DNA from: Camelus dromedarius
Taxonomy: Eukaryota
Assembly: GCF_036321535.1 (NCBI RefSeq)
Contig: NC_087438.1
Span: 25,420,001-25,484,000 of the forward strand
Length of the DNA stretch: 64,000 bases
Direction: 5' to 3'
The notes beneath the pieces were generated by a model. The model made no database searches. It had not been told where the DNA came from and was given only the letters and a program-made list of their open reading frames with translations. Every line of letters starts with the position of its first letter. Positions within the stretch are counted from its first letter, which is position 1. Both the position numbers and the translations under genes were made by a program. Below are positions 29,301 through 41,727 of this stretch, piece by piece.

Positions 29301-29319
29301 CTACCTGCAGGTGGCAGCC
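29301..29319 (+). promoter_or_regulatory. Candidate CTCF site
   Basis: CCTGCAGGTGGCAGC versus consensus CCASYAGRKGGCRSY, one core mismatch. Confidence 0.4.
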
Positions 29320-30169
29320 ACCTAGAGGAGGGACTCTTAAGGACAGGCCACAAACCCCTAGATCATGTGAAAGACGTCAGTGAGTTCATATAGCCCTTGA
29401 AATTGTAGGGAAAGTTTTGTGCATCTGCCTTTTTCTGGGAGAGAAGACTTTAGCGTCCATCAATTTCTCTAAAGGATCTTTCGACCAAAAATTTTACAAA
29501 TCCCTGTTTGATCAGTCTGACTTTTGACAAGGCATTTATGACATTCCAATGGGTGATTGGGGACATGCTCGCAGCCTGGGGGAATCAAACTAGCTCTGGC
29601 TTCCCTGAGGGGATCCAGTCTGTGGGACTTTCTGGACACGGAAGCAATCAGGGAAGTGCCACAAAAGAACAACCCACCCCTAGGAAGTGCTTCCTCCTGC
29701 CATCACCAGTTTCCTTCCCTTCTGCAGCCTAAGCTGGATTTGGCCTCCACCCTCACTGGGCTCCAGCCTCCACACTCAGGCCTGAGAAGCGGGTCAGCAG
29801 CCTGTGGAGGATCTGTGGCGATGCCATTAGGGTTGAAGGCATCAACCCTCACAGTCCTCTCAGGCTATGACTAAGATGAAGGGGAAAAAGCATAGATCCC
29901 TCTGAAGTGGTCACAGATCTCTTCACAAACGGAACTTCGAAAATGCTTCCGGTTAACACATTTTTTAATGCTTCTGATAAGTAAATACATTCCTAACAAT
30001 TTTTTTAAAATCTGACACTGAGAGACGTTGGGGGTCTATCTGTTCCCCATGTTTATCCCTTCAGCCCCTCTGTCCCACCCCCAGCAGCATTCCCTTTCCC
30101 AAGCTGAAGTCTTACTTTCCAAGTAAAATCCTTTTGGTACGCTTTTATTCATAGATGGCGTGTTGTGAA

Positions 30170-30690
30170 TAGAGGTTTTCGCGCTCTTCATCGCGTGGGT
30201 CTGAAGGAAGGGCTGATTTCCAGCTGGAAAGGGGTGGGGGGGCACACGCCCTCCTTCCGGGCGGCCCGCTGGGCACTTGACCTGAGGCTGCTGTCAGTCA
30301 TTCGGCCTCCGCGGCAGCGCGCTACCCTTCTCCCACCCGGGTGGTCCCAGAACTGGGGAAACAATGACCAAGCTCTGTGTGGCCTGTTCCGAGGAGCCAG
30401 AGCAGTTGTGGTGGGGTAGAGGGGAGGGATGTCAGGCCGAAAGCAGGCTGGGAATGGATAAGCCGTCAGAAAAAGCAGGGAAGGAAGGGTGGAGGAAGCT
30501 GATGGGCCCGGTCCTTAGAGGGAAAGCGGAAGATGAGAAATCTCTGGGATAAATGAGGCCGGGTCTGGGGAGGCGCGATACCCACAACGACCACCGGGGG
30601 GAGCCCCGAGCTCGTCGCAGGAAGGAGCTGAATTTCCTCTTAAAGAGAACTCGCTTGGATGAGCACAACGTGGAATTCCAAGGTCGGCAG
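30170..30690. promoter_or_regulatory. Orphan CpG island ~1.6 kb downstream of the SLC1A3 poly(A) site
   Basis: About 30 CpGs in ~510 bp by hand count; GC-rich; GC box GGGCGG at 30259-30264; the flanks are CpG-poor. Confidence 0.7.
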
Positions 30691-31162
30691 TGCAGAGGGA
30701 AGAGTGATATGTGAAAGCCATCAAAGGGTTTAAAATTCTTCACCGCCCCGTTTCCCTATTCCCTGCTTCTCAGTCTCTCCCAGGAGCCCTTTCCATTCTA
30801 GGAATTCTCTGTTTTGTATCCCCGTGCCCTGCCGCTCTCCCCTCCCTCCTCCGTTTTGCCATTCTGTTCTAGATTATTATCTTCCCATCCCATCCCTTAT
30901 GTTCCCTAAGCACAGGCAGGTACTCAGAAAGTGGCATGATTTCAATCTGGTCTTCCCTCATTATGCCCACAAAACTGGTGCCTCAGCCTTCAATTTGGAA
31001 CCAGTCTCATTTTACTGAACATATACATACAAGCAGGGTAGTCAGATCAAATAAAAGACACCAGTTATATTTGAATAGTAGCAAATAATGTTTAAGTGTA
31101 AGTATTAAATAACAAAGGATGTTTTGGTTTAAGTATGTCCCAAAGTATTACGCAGGGCAACC

Positions 31163-31166
<4 letters not shown>

Positions 31167-31200
<34 letters not shown>
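31167..31200. repeat. Poly(T) tract
   Basis: Read directly from the sequence. Confidence 0.95.
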
Positions 31201-31202
<2 letters not shown>

Positions 31203-33595
31203 CGTTGTTGTCAACCCTACATAAATGCAAAATGAAGAATTCAAGACAATTTACGTTTGCCTTGATGGAGTGAATGTTATAGGTGAAAGAGTTCGTGTGA
31301 TTATTCAAAATAATCATCCTAATTTTTAATCTCTCTTTGCAAGCAAAAACGCGCTTTAAAAGGCAGTCTAGACCTGGGACATTTATACTGTTTGTTTGGG
31401 GGATGTTATCACTTGTAAATCTTGTGACTGCATTTAAAAAACTTGGTCACCTTTAAGACTGCATGGAACGGCCTTAAATAAATTAAACAGCTTTTCAGTA
31501 TCCATACTTGAAATATTTTAAGGCTCACATCTGTTTTTCTTTTCTTCTCTTTTTTTTTTTTTTTTTGCCTTTCCTTCTCTCACTCCTTCCTCCTGTACTC
31601 CCCGCCCCCACCCAACTCCAAACATAAAATATTTTCTGTAATCCATTACAGGGCTGAACAATTTGGCGTTCACATATTGTTTTCCAATGTGAACATATTT
31701 TTTTCATTTGGGGTGCTCTTTCCAGAAAAGCACCCATATTCTTTTCATATTGTGCTATTCAAAGACCATCATTTTCCAGTCATTGCAAAGTTGGGAATGA
31801 GGCATTTTTCAGTCTTTTGCAGGAACTCCAGCCTCCACGGTTGGGCATCGATCCCACAAAAGTCCCTTCTTTAAGCCAAGGCCGAAGGATACGACGCACA
31901 GGGCCCAATTGTTACTGCAGAAGGAGCACAAAATATGCCCCTTAAAATCAGAAATTCTTTCCCAATAATCGCAGCCAGATTACAGATAGCAGTGGGTCTC
32001 ACAGAAGAGGGTATCAGATGACAACTTTTAGATTTCCTTTTCAACTCTGTAGGTTCAGGGGATCATAAAAAGAAGCCTGAAGGCAGCCAGCCAGGAGCTT
32101 GCAGACATAGCAGGAGAAAATAAAGACCATCCAAGAGTCATCTCAACCCCAAAAGGAGCTGATGATGTGTCTGCCCTGGGGAGAACTTAGCACTCAAAAG
32201 ATTCTGTCAGCAACACAAGTCTGCAAACTGTCACCAAAGTCCACAGCCTTGGCACTACAGGGCCTCAGTGAGGCATTGCTTCATTTAAGCTGATGATAAG
32301 CTGTTAGCCAAAGAAGTAGAAAAAACTCAAGAAAGTCTACACCTATGTTAGAAAACAAACACAGCTAGACTAAGAATGACTTCATGCTTCCTAAAACCTA
32401 AAGGCCTTCAGCTTCAGAGTGCTGTTGCTTCCATACCTGTTACCCTTACATTCTCGAGCAGTTTCATCAGGGTCCCTGGATTGTCCTGATTAATCCCAGC
32501 ACATGATCTGTTGGCTTCATGATGACAATACCTGGATGAGGAAGTGTGAGTTCTAGTCCCTGATTTGCTTTTAACCGGCTTTCTCTGTGGACCCCAATGT
32601 CCTCATCTGTACGTGCGGAGGTTGGATGAAACCTGAACTCTCCGGTTTTCCTATCAGGTTTCCATCTGTTGGAGGAAGTGTTGAATGAGGTTCTAGGGTC
32701 AAGTAAGCCTGGCAAATGATAGATCAAAACTTCAACTTCCTCATCATAAATAAGTCTAAGACCTTCTCCACGAGGTGTAATGAGAATGAAAATGGATGAT
32801 AATGTAAAACTCTCAGTCCAGTTCCTGGCACTTAGGAAGATTCTTAAGATGTTCAGAACAAAGCCGACTCAGTGAAGGAGGAAGAGGCATGGGGATGACG
32901 CTGGAGGAGGAGAGAGTGGTTCCCGTCTCAGTCTGCGCCCTTGTGAGCAGGAAGGAACTCCCTGAGGAGGCCACAGACCTACCTCTTCTGGGAGGGAGGC
33001 TTTGCAGAGGCCCGTCTCCCCTAGAAACGGGCATCCTGAGAAACTGCCAGGCCTCTTCCCAGAGGGGCCCAGGCCTCTGCGTGCGCCCGGGTACTGACAG
33101 CCCCTGCCAGGCTCCTCCGATGCCTTTGTCAGGCCCGGCTCTCCCAGCAGCCCCGCGCTGCATGGTGGTTTTGTCAAGGGCACAATTCGACACTCTGAGG
33201 GGACCACCCAGCTTCCTCCCGGGTCTCCTAGAGAACAAAACTGCCGCTCTGTGTGCCAGTGACCTCCCCCTCTGCCAGGCCCCCCCTGCCGTCCTCCTCC
33301 CGGCCAAGGGGAATGGGAGAGGCAGTCAGGCCCACGCTCTGTGGGAACCCAGGGGATGGTGTGCTAATGAGCTGCCCCAGCGCCAGGCCAAACGCCCTGT
33401 ATCTGGGATGCTGCTGCCACCCTGTGGCAAAGGTCTTTCTCTAGGCGCCTGATGGCCACTTCAGACCAGACTACATGGAAACGCCGAGCAATTACTGCAA
33501 ACTCATTACTGATGGACTATAGTGAAGGCTATAGAGATAGAAAATAGCTCAAAAGTCTGAGAGAAAAAGGAACTTGAAGTGTTGTATGTCTAGGG

Positions 33596-33888
33596 CAGTG
33601 ATTCTCAAAGTGTGGTCCCTGGAGCAACGTTATCAGCATCCCCTGGGAATGTATCAGGAATGCATATTCTGGGGGTGGGGGTATACCTCGGTGGTAGAGT
33701 GCACACTCAGCATGCATGAGGTCCCGGGTTCAATCCCCAGTACCTCCATTTAAAAAAAAAAAAAGAAAAAAGAAAAAAGAAAAAAAAAAGTGCAGATTTT
33801 CAGATCCCATCCCAGACCTACAGAATCAGAAACATGGAGGGCGAAGCCCAGTAGTCCGTTTTAACCTCCAGGTGGTTCTGAACCACTG
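33596..33888 (+). mobile_element. MER5A-like hAT-Charlie MITE (interrupted by the SINE)
   Basis: CAGTGATTCTCAAAGTGTGGTCC...GAACCACTG termini; 8-bp TSD gtctaggg / gtctagag. Confidence 0.85.
33671..33789 (+). mobile_element. tRNA-Ala-derived camelid-type SINE nested in MER5A
   Basis: A-box, B-box GGTTCAATCCC and long A-rich tail; degenerate TSD (aatgcatattct / agtgcagatttt). Confidence 0.85.
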
Positions 33889-33904
33889 GTCTAGAGTCTA
33901 AAAA

Positions 33905-34100
33905 GAAATGAGCTTTGGAGTTGATAGACTAGGGCCCCAATCCTGGCCTTGCCTATGAGCTGCATGACTTTGGGCAAGTTACTTAACTGCCTCAGTTTGC
34001 TCATACTTATCACGATGAGAATCATTCTTATTTCCTGGGATTTTGTTGAAGATTAGATCAGGGGAAAAAAAGGTAGACGGACCAGTCTGTGTACAGGCTT
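33905..34100 (+). mobile_element. MIR
   Basis: gagctttggagttgatagac...tgactttgggcaagttacttaac. Confidence 0.6.
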
Positions 34101-34323
34101 AATAAATGGGGCTTGTTTGGGGTGTTACTATCATGGAGTGATAAACCTGCTCACATTACCACTAGGATAAACAGAGAAGATGCTGCCCGCTCCTCTATTT
34201 ATTTCTCAGATATTTATACAGTGCCTACTGTGTGCCAGGCCCAGTACTGGACAATGCAGGTACAACAGTGTATAAAGCCCCTCCTTTCATGGAGATACAT
34301 TCTAATAAATGCGTACTTATAAG

Positions 34324-34719
34324 TGCCGCGGACTGAATAATGTCCCCTCCAAAATTCATACTGCGAAGCCCTAACCTCCACTGTGGTTGTATTTGGAGAT
34401 GGGGCTTTTAGGAGGCAGTTAAGGTTAAATGAGGTCATAAGGATAAGGACCTATTTTNNNNNNNNNNNNNNNNNNNNNNNNNNNNNNNNNNNNNNNNNNN
34501 NNNNNNNNNNNNNNNNNNNNNNNNNNNNNNNNNNNNNNNNNNNNNNNNNNNNNNNNNNNNNNNNNNNNNNNNNNNNNNNNNNNNNNNNNNNNNNNNNNNN
34601 NNNNNNNNNNNNNNNNNNNNNNNNNNNNNNNNNNNNNNNNNNNNNNNNNNNNNNNNNNNTTGTTTAAGCCACCCGGTCTGTGGTCTTTTGTTACGGCAGC
34701 CCAAGCAGACTAAGATACA
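34324..34719 (+). mobile_element. MLT1A/B/C-type MaLR solo LTR containing an assembly gap
   Basis: tg..ggactgaataatgtcccc start and cagactaagataca end, typical of MLT1. Confidence 0.75.
34458..34660. other. Assembly gap (203 N)
   Basis: Run of N inside the MLT1 LTR. Confidence 1.
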
Positions 34720-37015
34720 GGCTCAAGCTGTAATTGCTGTTACAAGGAAGAGTAACGCCGCCCAGGAAGAGCCTGCAGAGAGGCACTGGAGCGCTATTTA
34801 AATAGGGCAGTCAGGGAAGACGCCCTGAGGGGACTCCCTGTGAGGAGAGACCTAAATGGAATGAGAGATCAAGACTGCGGATTCCAAGTTGAAGGGCGAG
34901 CCAATGCAAGCCCCGCCCCCACCTTCCCCTGTGCAGGTGTGAGCTCTGTGGGAGGGCAGCCTGGAGGCCAGGGAGTCTGGGGAAAGGGGAGGGAGTCAGA
35001 GAGGGGCCAGGGGAGGGCCCACCTGGTGGGGTCTTGCAGACCACGGTGAGGACAGTGGATTTTATTCTAGGTGTGAGGGGATGCCACGGAGGGTGGAGAA
35101 GCAGGGGAGCCTGTTTTCTCTAACTTCTCTGTTCAGCCTCCAGGTTGACCATCAGTCTCTGCCCATCTAAAGAGTCTCCTTTGAGTAACCTGGCTACTTC
35201 CTACATAAACGGTCAGCATCACCCCATGCAATCCCCTAGACTTCCTGCTCCCTGCTCCCCCTTCCCCACATTCTTCGCCCGGCCCTGGAACTCACTCCCA
35301 CGGAGGCAAGATCCCTGTGCAGACCTGCCGGCTCTCAACTTGAGGTCCCTACTGCACAGGCAATAAGAGAGGCCTCAGATGAGCAAACCATAACCTCTGT
35401 TGGCACTGGGCAGCCCAGTACAGGGGAGGAGTCGGAATGCTCTGCCCGCAGGGTTCTCCCTGCTTATGTAACAACTGCCTCTTGAAGAAAATACTTCTCT
35501 CCTGGCCTCCCTTCTTTTTCCAGCCACCCCCATAGCTAGAAGGGATGGGTTTCTGCCACCCACTTCTCTTCCTGTATCGGTCATCAGTGAAAACCCTGTG
35601 GTCTGCTTTACCAGGCCAGGGTCTTGATAAGCGAAGGAAGGAAATGAGGGAATTTAGAAAAATCTTCTCTCTTCACAATGCCTGCTCACAAGTCTATTGC
35701 CTTGAAGTGAGTTCCTATTTTGAGAATCAGAACCTGAATACTATTGATTTCTTTCAGCTGTAATCATCCTGATTTCTTGAGGCAGGGGAGTGCCCTTGGC
35801 TGGCTTGGCAGAAAGTACATTCAGAAAAGCAAAAGAGAAAATCATGTCAACTTTTCCTGCCAAAATATTACGTAATTATTATAATAATACTTATTATTAT
35901 AGAAAACTAAGACTTAGTGGCAGGGAAATTTCATTGTTTTTTTTTCCCAAGGGATTTTTCGAGTGTCTTTTCAAAGACAGATTTTTCACTTCTACCTAAG
36001 AAGTCCTTATTTCTCCCTTTGAGATTCATCCATTTGCGAAATTCAGGCTACTTAAAGCTTTTATGTCTGGCCTAGGTCTTTCCCCCTCCATTTCCTCTGT
36101 TTGTCCCTCCCATGAGGTTGTGACCTGTACTAGGTCACGCTGCAGGTCACCTGGACCTTTTGCTTCACATCAGAGGTCCCAGGAGAGAAAAGACTAGGGA
36201 CCCACGTTGGAGAAAGAGCTGCAGGTCATAAGCTCAGACACTAAAGGAGCCCAGGCCAGGCTTCCAGCCCCTGCAGGGTCATGCCTGGATCGAGCCCAGC
36301 CGCTTTTCTCAGTAAGAGCCTTTTTGACATGGAGAGAAGGCTCAAAGTAAAAGTAGTGGAAATGCACTCACAAAAGACCAAGGAACGCCTTGACATAGAA
36401 GGAGGTCACCACTGACTGTTCATTTCTGGTCGTAATGGGAATCAGAGACCAGAATAGCTGTAATACCCTTGGGGTCCCTTGTTGGATGTAATCAAGAAGT
36501 TGCTCTAAGCAGAACAGAAAACACTCCCTTACTCACGTGTCTCAAACTCTCAGACTCCAAGCAGAGACTTCCTTGTTCCTGCCTTGTCCCAGCTACATGC
36601 TTCTGAGATGCAAGTCGCTCCAAAGTGGTTCAGCCTTGCATGAGCCTTGCAGTCAGGACCCCCTAGCTCAAATCAGACACCGCCACTGATTCAGTGTGTG
36701 TCCTGGGGCAATAATGTCACTTCTCTAAGCCTCCTCCTCTGGTGAAGTCTTATTGGGATTATGGGGTTTTCTGGGGATTTAATTAGGCAATACTTAGCTC
36801 CTGTCCAGCACATACACATACCAGGGCTGAAAGACAGATGAAAATCAGTGCCCAGTCCAGCTACACCAGTTGTTTGCTGCTGTGCCCTTTCTGTTTGGTC
36901 AGCCTCCGTGCTTCAGCAATTGTAAAGTATTTTTGCTATCACCTCCAGCTATTGTTATCACTAATATTATTATTCCTCTTGTTTTCATGCTGTGTGTCCA
37001 GGATGGCTTTATCTG

Positions 37016-37082
37016 GAGAGAGACAGAGACAGAGACAGAAAGAGAGACAGAGTGAGAGAGAGAGAGGGAGAGAGAGAGAGAG
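37016..37082. repeat. (GA)n/(GAGACA)n purine-rich repeat
   Basis: Read directly from the sequence. Confidence 0.9.
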
Positions 37083-37744
37083 ATTGAGATCTTACCACTG
37101 GAGGGCAGCAAATAATCTTCAAAGTCCTTCCCAGCTCTAAAGTTTCATGAGTCCATGAAAATGATCTATAGCTGGAATTGAGTAAGACCAAAGAGGACCG
37201 AGTTGTAACACAAGCCAGTTGCCAGAGCCACGAGGAGCATCCTTCTCTGCTCCTTCCCATCCAGGTGGGAATCTTCAGGTGTCCTGCAGAGAGTCTGGGA
37301 CTGTTCTCACAGTTCCGAGGATTTCTCCACCTCTCTATCTTCCTTCTCTTTCATCCTCTGCTCTCCCTTGATTGCATGCAATCACTCTCTCATTCTCTCT
37401 CCCCACAGCCCTCAGACTGAGGACTCAAATAGCTTACTAGTTTTTCATTTCTATTCCCCCTAAAGCATTACCTTTTGCATCACCACTCCCCTGGTTCTGT
37501 GCTCTGAAGCTTGCCCCCACTAACTGGGTCCAGGACCCTGAAACACTCAGTTCCAACCTGGACACCGCAATACAGGCTCCTCCTTGTCTGCAGGGAATCA
37601 CACCACAAGTCCTGGTTCTATTAACCAACCACCCGTCAACACGTATTTACTGAGTGCTGCAAATGTGTTGAGCACTGACTTAGCAGTTTTGTGGGACCAC
37701 GAAGAAGGAGGGTGCTGTGAGTGCTGTGGTTATGTGCCACAACT

Positions 37745-37890
37745 CTGGCCTTCAAGGTTTGAGTTTGAATCCTGACTCTGCTGTTTGCTAGCTGTGTGAC
37801 CTTGGCGAAGTTTTATATGCTCTCTGAGCCTCAGTCCCCTCATCTGTAAAATGGAGATATAGCAACATCTTCCTTGCTGTGGTAGCTGTG
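37745..37890 (+). mobile_element. MIR
   Basis: tttgaatcctgactctgc..tagctgtgtgaccttggc..catctgtaaaatggagata. Confidence 0.65.
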
Positions 37891-38180
37891 AGGGTAGGTG
37901 GTCGTGTATACATACAGCAGGTAATCACAAAACAGGAGGTGTTGTTGTCATAAAACAGGTTCAAAGAATTTATAATCTAATGGGAATTCACAAGAAAACA
38001 ATGCCCACGGTGGTATGGATTCTTGTGCCAGAGGTTCAGAAGAGCTGAAGTGATTACCAGTCCTTGGGTATCATAACTAAGGCTCTCAAAGCCCGAAAAA
38101 AATCTATATAAGCAACTCCATGATTAAACAAATCACAGTGTCCTAGTGATCAGTGTTTATTACCATGGAAATTAACTGAA

Positions 38181-38284
38181 TTTATTTGTTTGTTTGTTTG
38201 TTTGTTTATTTCATGGAGGTACTGGGGAATGAACCCAGGACCTCATGCATGCAGGCACTCTACCACTGAGCTATACCTTCCCCC
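38181..38284 (-). mobile_element. tRNA-Ala-derived camelid-type SINE with (AAAC)n tail
   Basis: Reverse complement: ggggaaggtatagctcagtggtagagtg...gtcctgggttcattccccagtacctcc plus tail. Confidence 0.85.
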
Positions 38285-39040
38285 TTACCTTAAAAATTAA
38301 AAAGTCAGTCTTCCCAGCTTCCTGCTCAGCACCTCGCAGGGCTTGTTGGCTAGAATTCTCTAGACAGGATGCGACCCACAGTCCCCTGCTCATTCATAGT
38401 TGTGCATTAATATCAGCAATATTTTGAGCACCTACTGTTTACCAACCAAGCACAGATCCTAGCAGGGAAAATCATTAAAAGAATAATAATATTTGTGTGA
38501 CCAGTTCTAGGAGAGGGTCAGACAGGGTATTTCTAGTGAAAGCATCACTGTAAACTGGTGTGTCTTCCTCTCCCCAGACCTCTAAGAGGCATTATTCCAG
38601 CGCCCTGCCTCTGAGCGCGATTATGCCGGAACTACATGCGCAAGATTACTCTGTCCTTAAGGATTTCCAGACATTGGTTTTAGTGTCTAATCTCCCTTCC
38701 ACATGAGAATGCTCTGGTTTGGTTAAATTGTAACATACTCTAATCACATATAATATAAAACCTTTCAAGTACAGAAGGGCAAGGCATATGTTGAAAGCCT
38801 GTTATACACCAGGTACCTCACAACGGCCCTGTGAGGAAGCATCATTGTATCTATTTTACATACAAGAAAGTTGAGGTTCAGGGATAAGTAACTTACTCAA
38901 GGCAAAGATGCGATTTGAGCCCAGGTCCATATCCAAAGCAAGGGTTTCCCCGCCTAGATTAACCCTGAAATCTAACTCTGATCAAGCACTGCAAACCCAG
39001 GACCTCATCTAAACCATTACTACGGCGTGAACTCCCAGGG

Positions 39041-39203
39041 CAGTGTTTTTCAAACTGCAGGTCATCAGTTTGGTGGGTCCCAACCAGCATTTTTTTTTTA
39101 AATTGAAGTATGGTTGATTTACAATGTTGTATGTTTCAGGTGTACAGCAAAGTGATTCGAGATACATATATATACACATACACATATATATATACACACA
39201 CAC

Positions 39204-39234
<31 letters not shown>

Positions 39235-39438
39235 TATATATACACACACGTATATATTCTTTTTCAGATTCTTTTCCATTATAGGTTATTACAAGATATT
39301 GAATACAGATCCCTGTGCTATAGAGTAGGTCCCCCAGCCGCATTTTTTAATGAAAGAATAGAATAGAAAATATCAGAGTGCCCCACATATAGTAAAGTAT
39401 TGTTTCAGGGAATTTTTATTCTAATGTGTATGTGTGCA

Positions 39439-39469
<31 letters not shown>

Positions 39470-39521
39470 GCCTGCATCGTGAATAAATTACATATCAGGA
39501 TTTAAAAGTTAAAAGCTGCAG
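39041..39521 (+). mobile_element. hAT-Charlie MITE (MER103-like, subfamily uncertain) interrupted by an L1
   Basis: cagtgtttttcaaactgc start; aatagaatagaaaatatcagagtg internal motif. Confidence 0.55.
39090..39330 (-). mobile_element. L1 3' end with expanded (TA/CA)n tract
   Basis: Poly-T plus aattgaagtatggttgatttacaatgttg...ccctgtgctatag; degenerate duplicated flanks ggtccc...gcatttt. Confidence 0.85.
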
Positions 39522-39975
39522 TTGCGAGCCTTTGCTGATCAATAACCAATCAATAACTTTTTCACCTTGTGAATTTAATTTTGGTTTCCACAACTGCCCA
39601 CCCTCAAGGAACATTCATCTTCCAAATACAAATAGTTCCTTGGGATGTGGTGATTTGGACTTTTATCTTAAAGAACCAAGTGCTCTACTGCCATATATTT
39701 TCCAAATTCTGTTCCGGGCTCTGCTAACACATGTGACCCAGCCCTCCAAAATCACTCAGTGCTCCGATGAACTTAAAGACAGACTCCACGACCAGGTTAA
39801 ACTCCTCTTGTTAGGCAGCCACATCTGCCAGCGCTGCTTGCCAAAAGAAGTACCTTCTGACACTCAGCTCTGGAAACAGAATGAAGGGGAGGAATTCCTT
39901 GTTTGCACTGACATCTGGTGGTCAGCAAGAGGCTGGCATCCCAGTACCTTTGCCTTTTGGAATTCATTAGATAGT

Positions 39976-39976
<1 letters not shown>

Positions 39977-40008
<32 letters not shown>
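39977..40008. repeat. (AG)n microsatellite
   Basis: Read directly from the sequence. Confidence 0.95.
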
Positions 40009-40010
<2 letters not shown>

Positions 40011-40734
40011 GATTCTGTACCAGGGACCAGAGCAGGAACCAGGTACCAATGCTGACTGACTGCAGCTGAAATGATTCCTCATGTCCCCACACCCCTCCTG
40101 GATCACCACCCTTCTCCTTGCAGCTGGACAGAGAAAGGTGGAGGGAAAGGACAGGGACTTAGAACATACCAGGGTCCTTCACCTGTCATGGGATCCTGGG
40201 GAAACTATGCAAACTCTGGAAGACTCAGCTGAAAAATCAAGATAAGAAAACAATCTATTGTGGGCATCTTACTTCATTTAACCCTTCAAACATCTCCTTT
40301 GATGTTAAGTTCCAGATACTTACTGAACATTCAAAAAGTGCTGGTTCTCTTCCCCCTTCTGTCGTTTTATGTAAGACGCTCACTAGTTGTCTTCCAAAGC
40401 CTGGAGTCCTACTTCCTTCCCATCCTGGCTTGCCTGGCTTACTCCATTCAAGTGGTAATGAAGATTTATGGAGAGCTTACCACATGCTGGGAGATGCCTA
40501 AGAGAAATCTGAAAGCATTCTAAGAGATTTACAGTGTTAAAATCAGGGGACTTTAGGCCTCTAAAATGGGGACTATTGACGCCCCCCATTTTACTGATGA
40601 GGACAGTGAGGTGTGGTGAGTTCAAGCAGGTTTCTCAAAGCCTCAGGCTCTGGGACTAAATGTTTAATCTCAACAGTGTGGCTTCACCAGGCAGAACTCT
40701 CAAGCTTCCAGTTAATTTGGCTCTTTGCCCCCCT

Positions 40735-40980
40735 TATAGTAATAGCTGACACATATTGAGTGCGTATTAAGTGCTGAGTTCTTTGTAAACATTGTCTCAT
40801 CTGATCTGTATTAAAAATCCTATAAGATAGTTAGTATCATTATCCCCAGTCTACAGACGAGAAAGCTGAGGGTATGTAACTTTGCCTGAGGTCACAAAGC
40901 TAACAAAAACCCAAGTGGGAATTCCAACGCAGGTAATTTGATTGTAGCTCTTTGGTCTTAACCACTCTTCTCCTTTAGAC
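40735..40980 (-). mobile_element. MIR
   Basis: taatagctgacacatattgagtgcgta...ctacagacgagaaagctgagg. Confidence 0.6.
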
Positions 40981-41259
40981 TTTCATGCATTTCCAGCCTC
41001 TGAAGCTAGCCTGTGATCTCGAAGGCAGAGCAATCTGCCCACAGAAGGCACTCCCTCACCAGATGGAGTATTTAACACAAGAACAATTTAGCAACATCTT
41101 TAAAATTGAGGACTTCGTGACACTTAATATAAGAGGCCCTCTTGCAGTGTTGTGCAAAAAAAGAAAACAAAACAAAACAAAAAACCAAGACAGGAATCAT
41201 TGGCGCCAATACATGGGGACTGCAATCAGCCAACCCATGTTTTCTTCTTGTTAATAAGC

Positions 41260-41727
41260 TGTATGAGTTTCCTATTGCTGCTGCAACAAATTACTACAAA
41301 CTTAGTAGCTTAAAACCACACAAATGGACTCTCTTACAGTTTTTATTCTCTTAGTTCTGGAGGTCAGACGTGTCAGATCAAGGTTTGACAGGCTGCATTC
41401 CTTCTGGGAGTTTCCGAAGAGAATCTATTTCCTTACCTCTTTCTTTCAGTTTCTAGATGCTGTCCATATTCCTTGGCCACTGGCCTTTTCCTTGCCTCAT
41501 TCCAACTTCTGGCTTCCATTGTCACATTTCCTGCTACTAATTTTAATCCTCCTGCCTCCTTCTCATAAGGACCCTTGGGATTACATTGGGTCCACCAGAT
41601 AATGCAACATAATTTCCCCATCTCAAGATTGTGGACACAGTCCCTTTTACCATGTCAGGTAACATCTTCCCAGGTTCCAGGGGTTGGACACAGACCTTGT
41701 TGGGTGACCACTACTCAGCCTACCACA
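41260..41727 (-). mobile_element. MLT1C/D-type MaLR solo LTR
   Basis: tgtatgagtttcctattgctgc...cagcctaccaca; TG...CA termini. Confidence 0.8.

Noticed and set aside
32813-33452. 187-aa and 164-aa overlapping ORFs as a novel gene
   Set aside because: No recognisable domain, low-complexity GC-driven composition and no evident splice structure.
39009-39366. ORFs rich in Y/I/C/V/T/H (39009..39245, 39110..39328, 39119..39343, 39124..39366)
   Set aside because: Translation artefacts of the (TA/CA)n microsatellite within an L1 tail.
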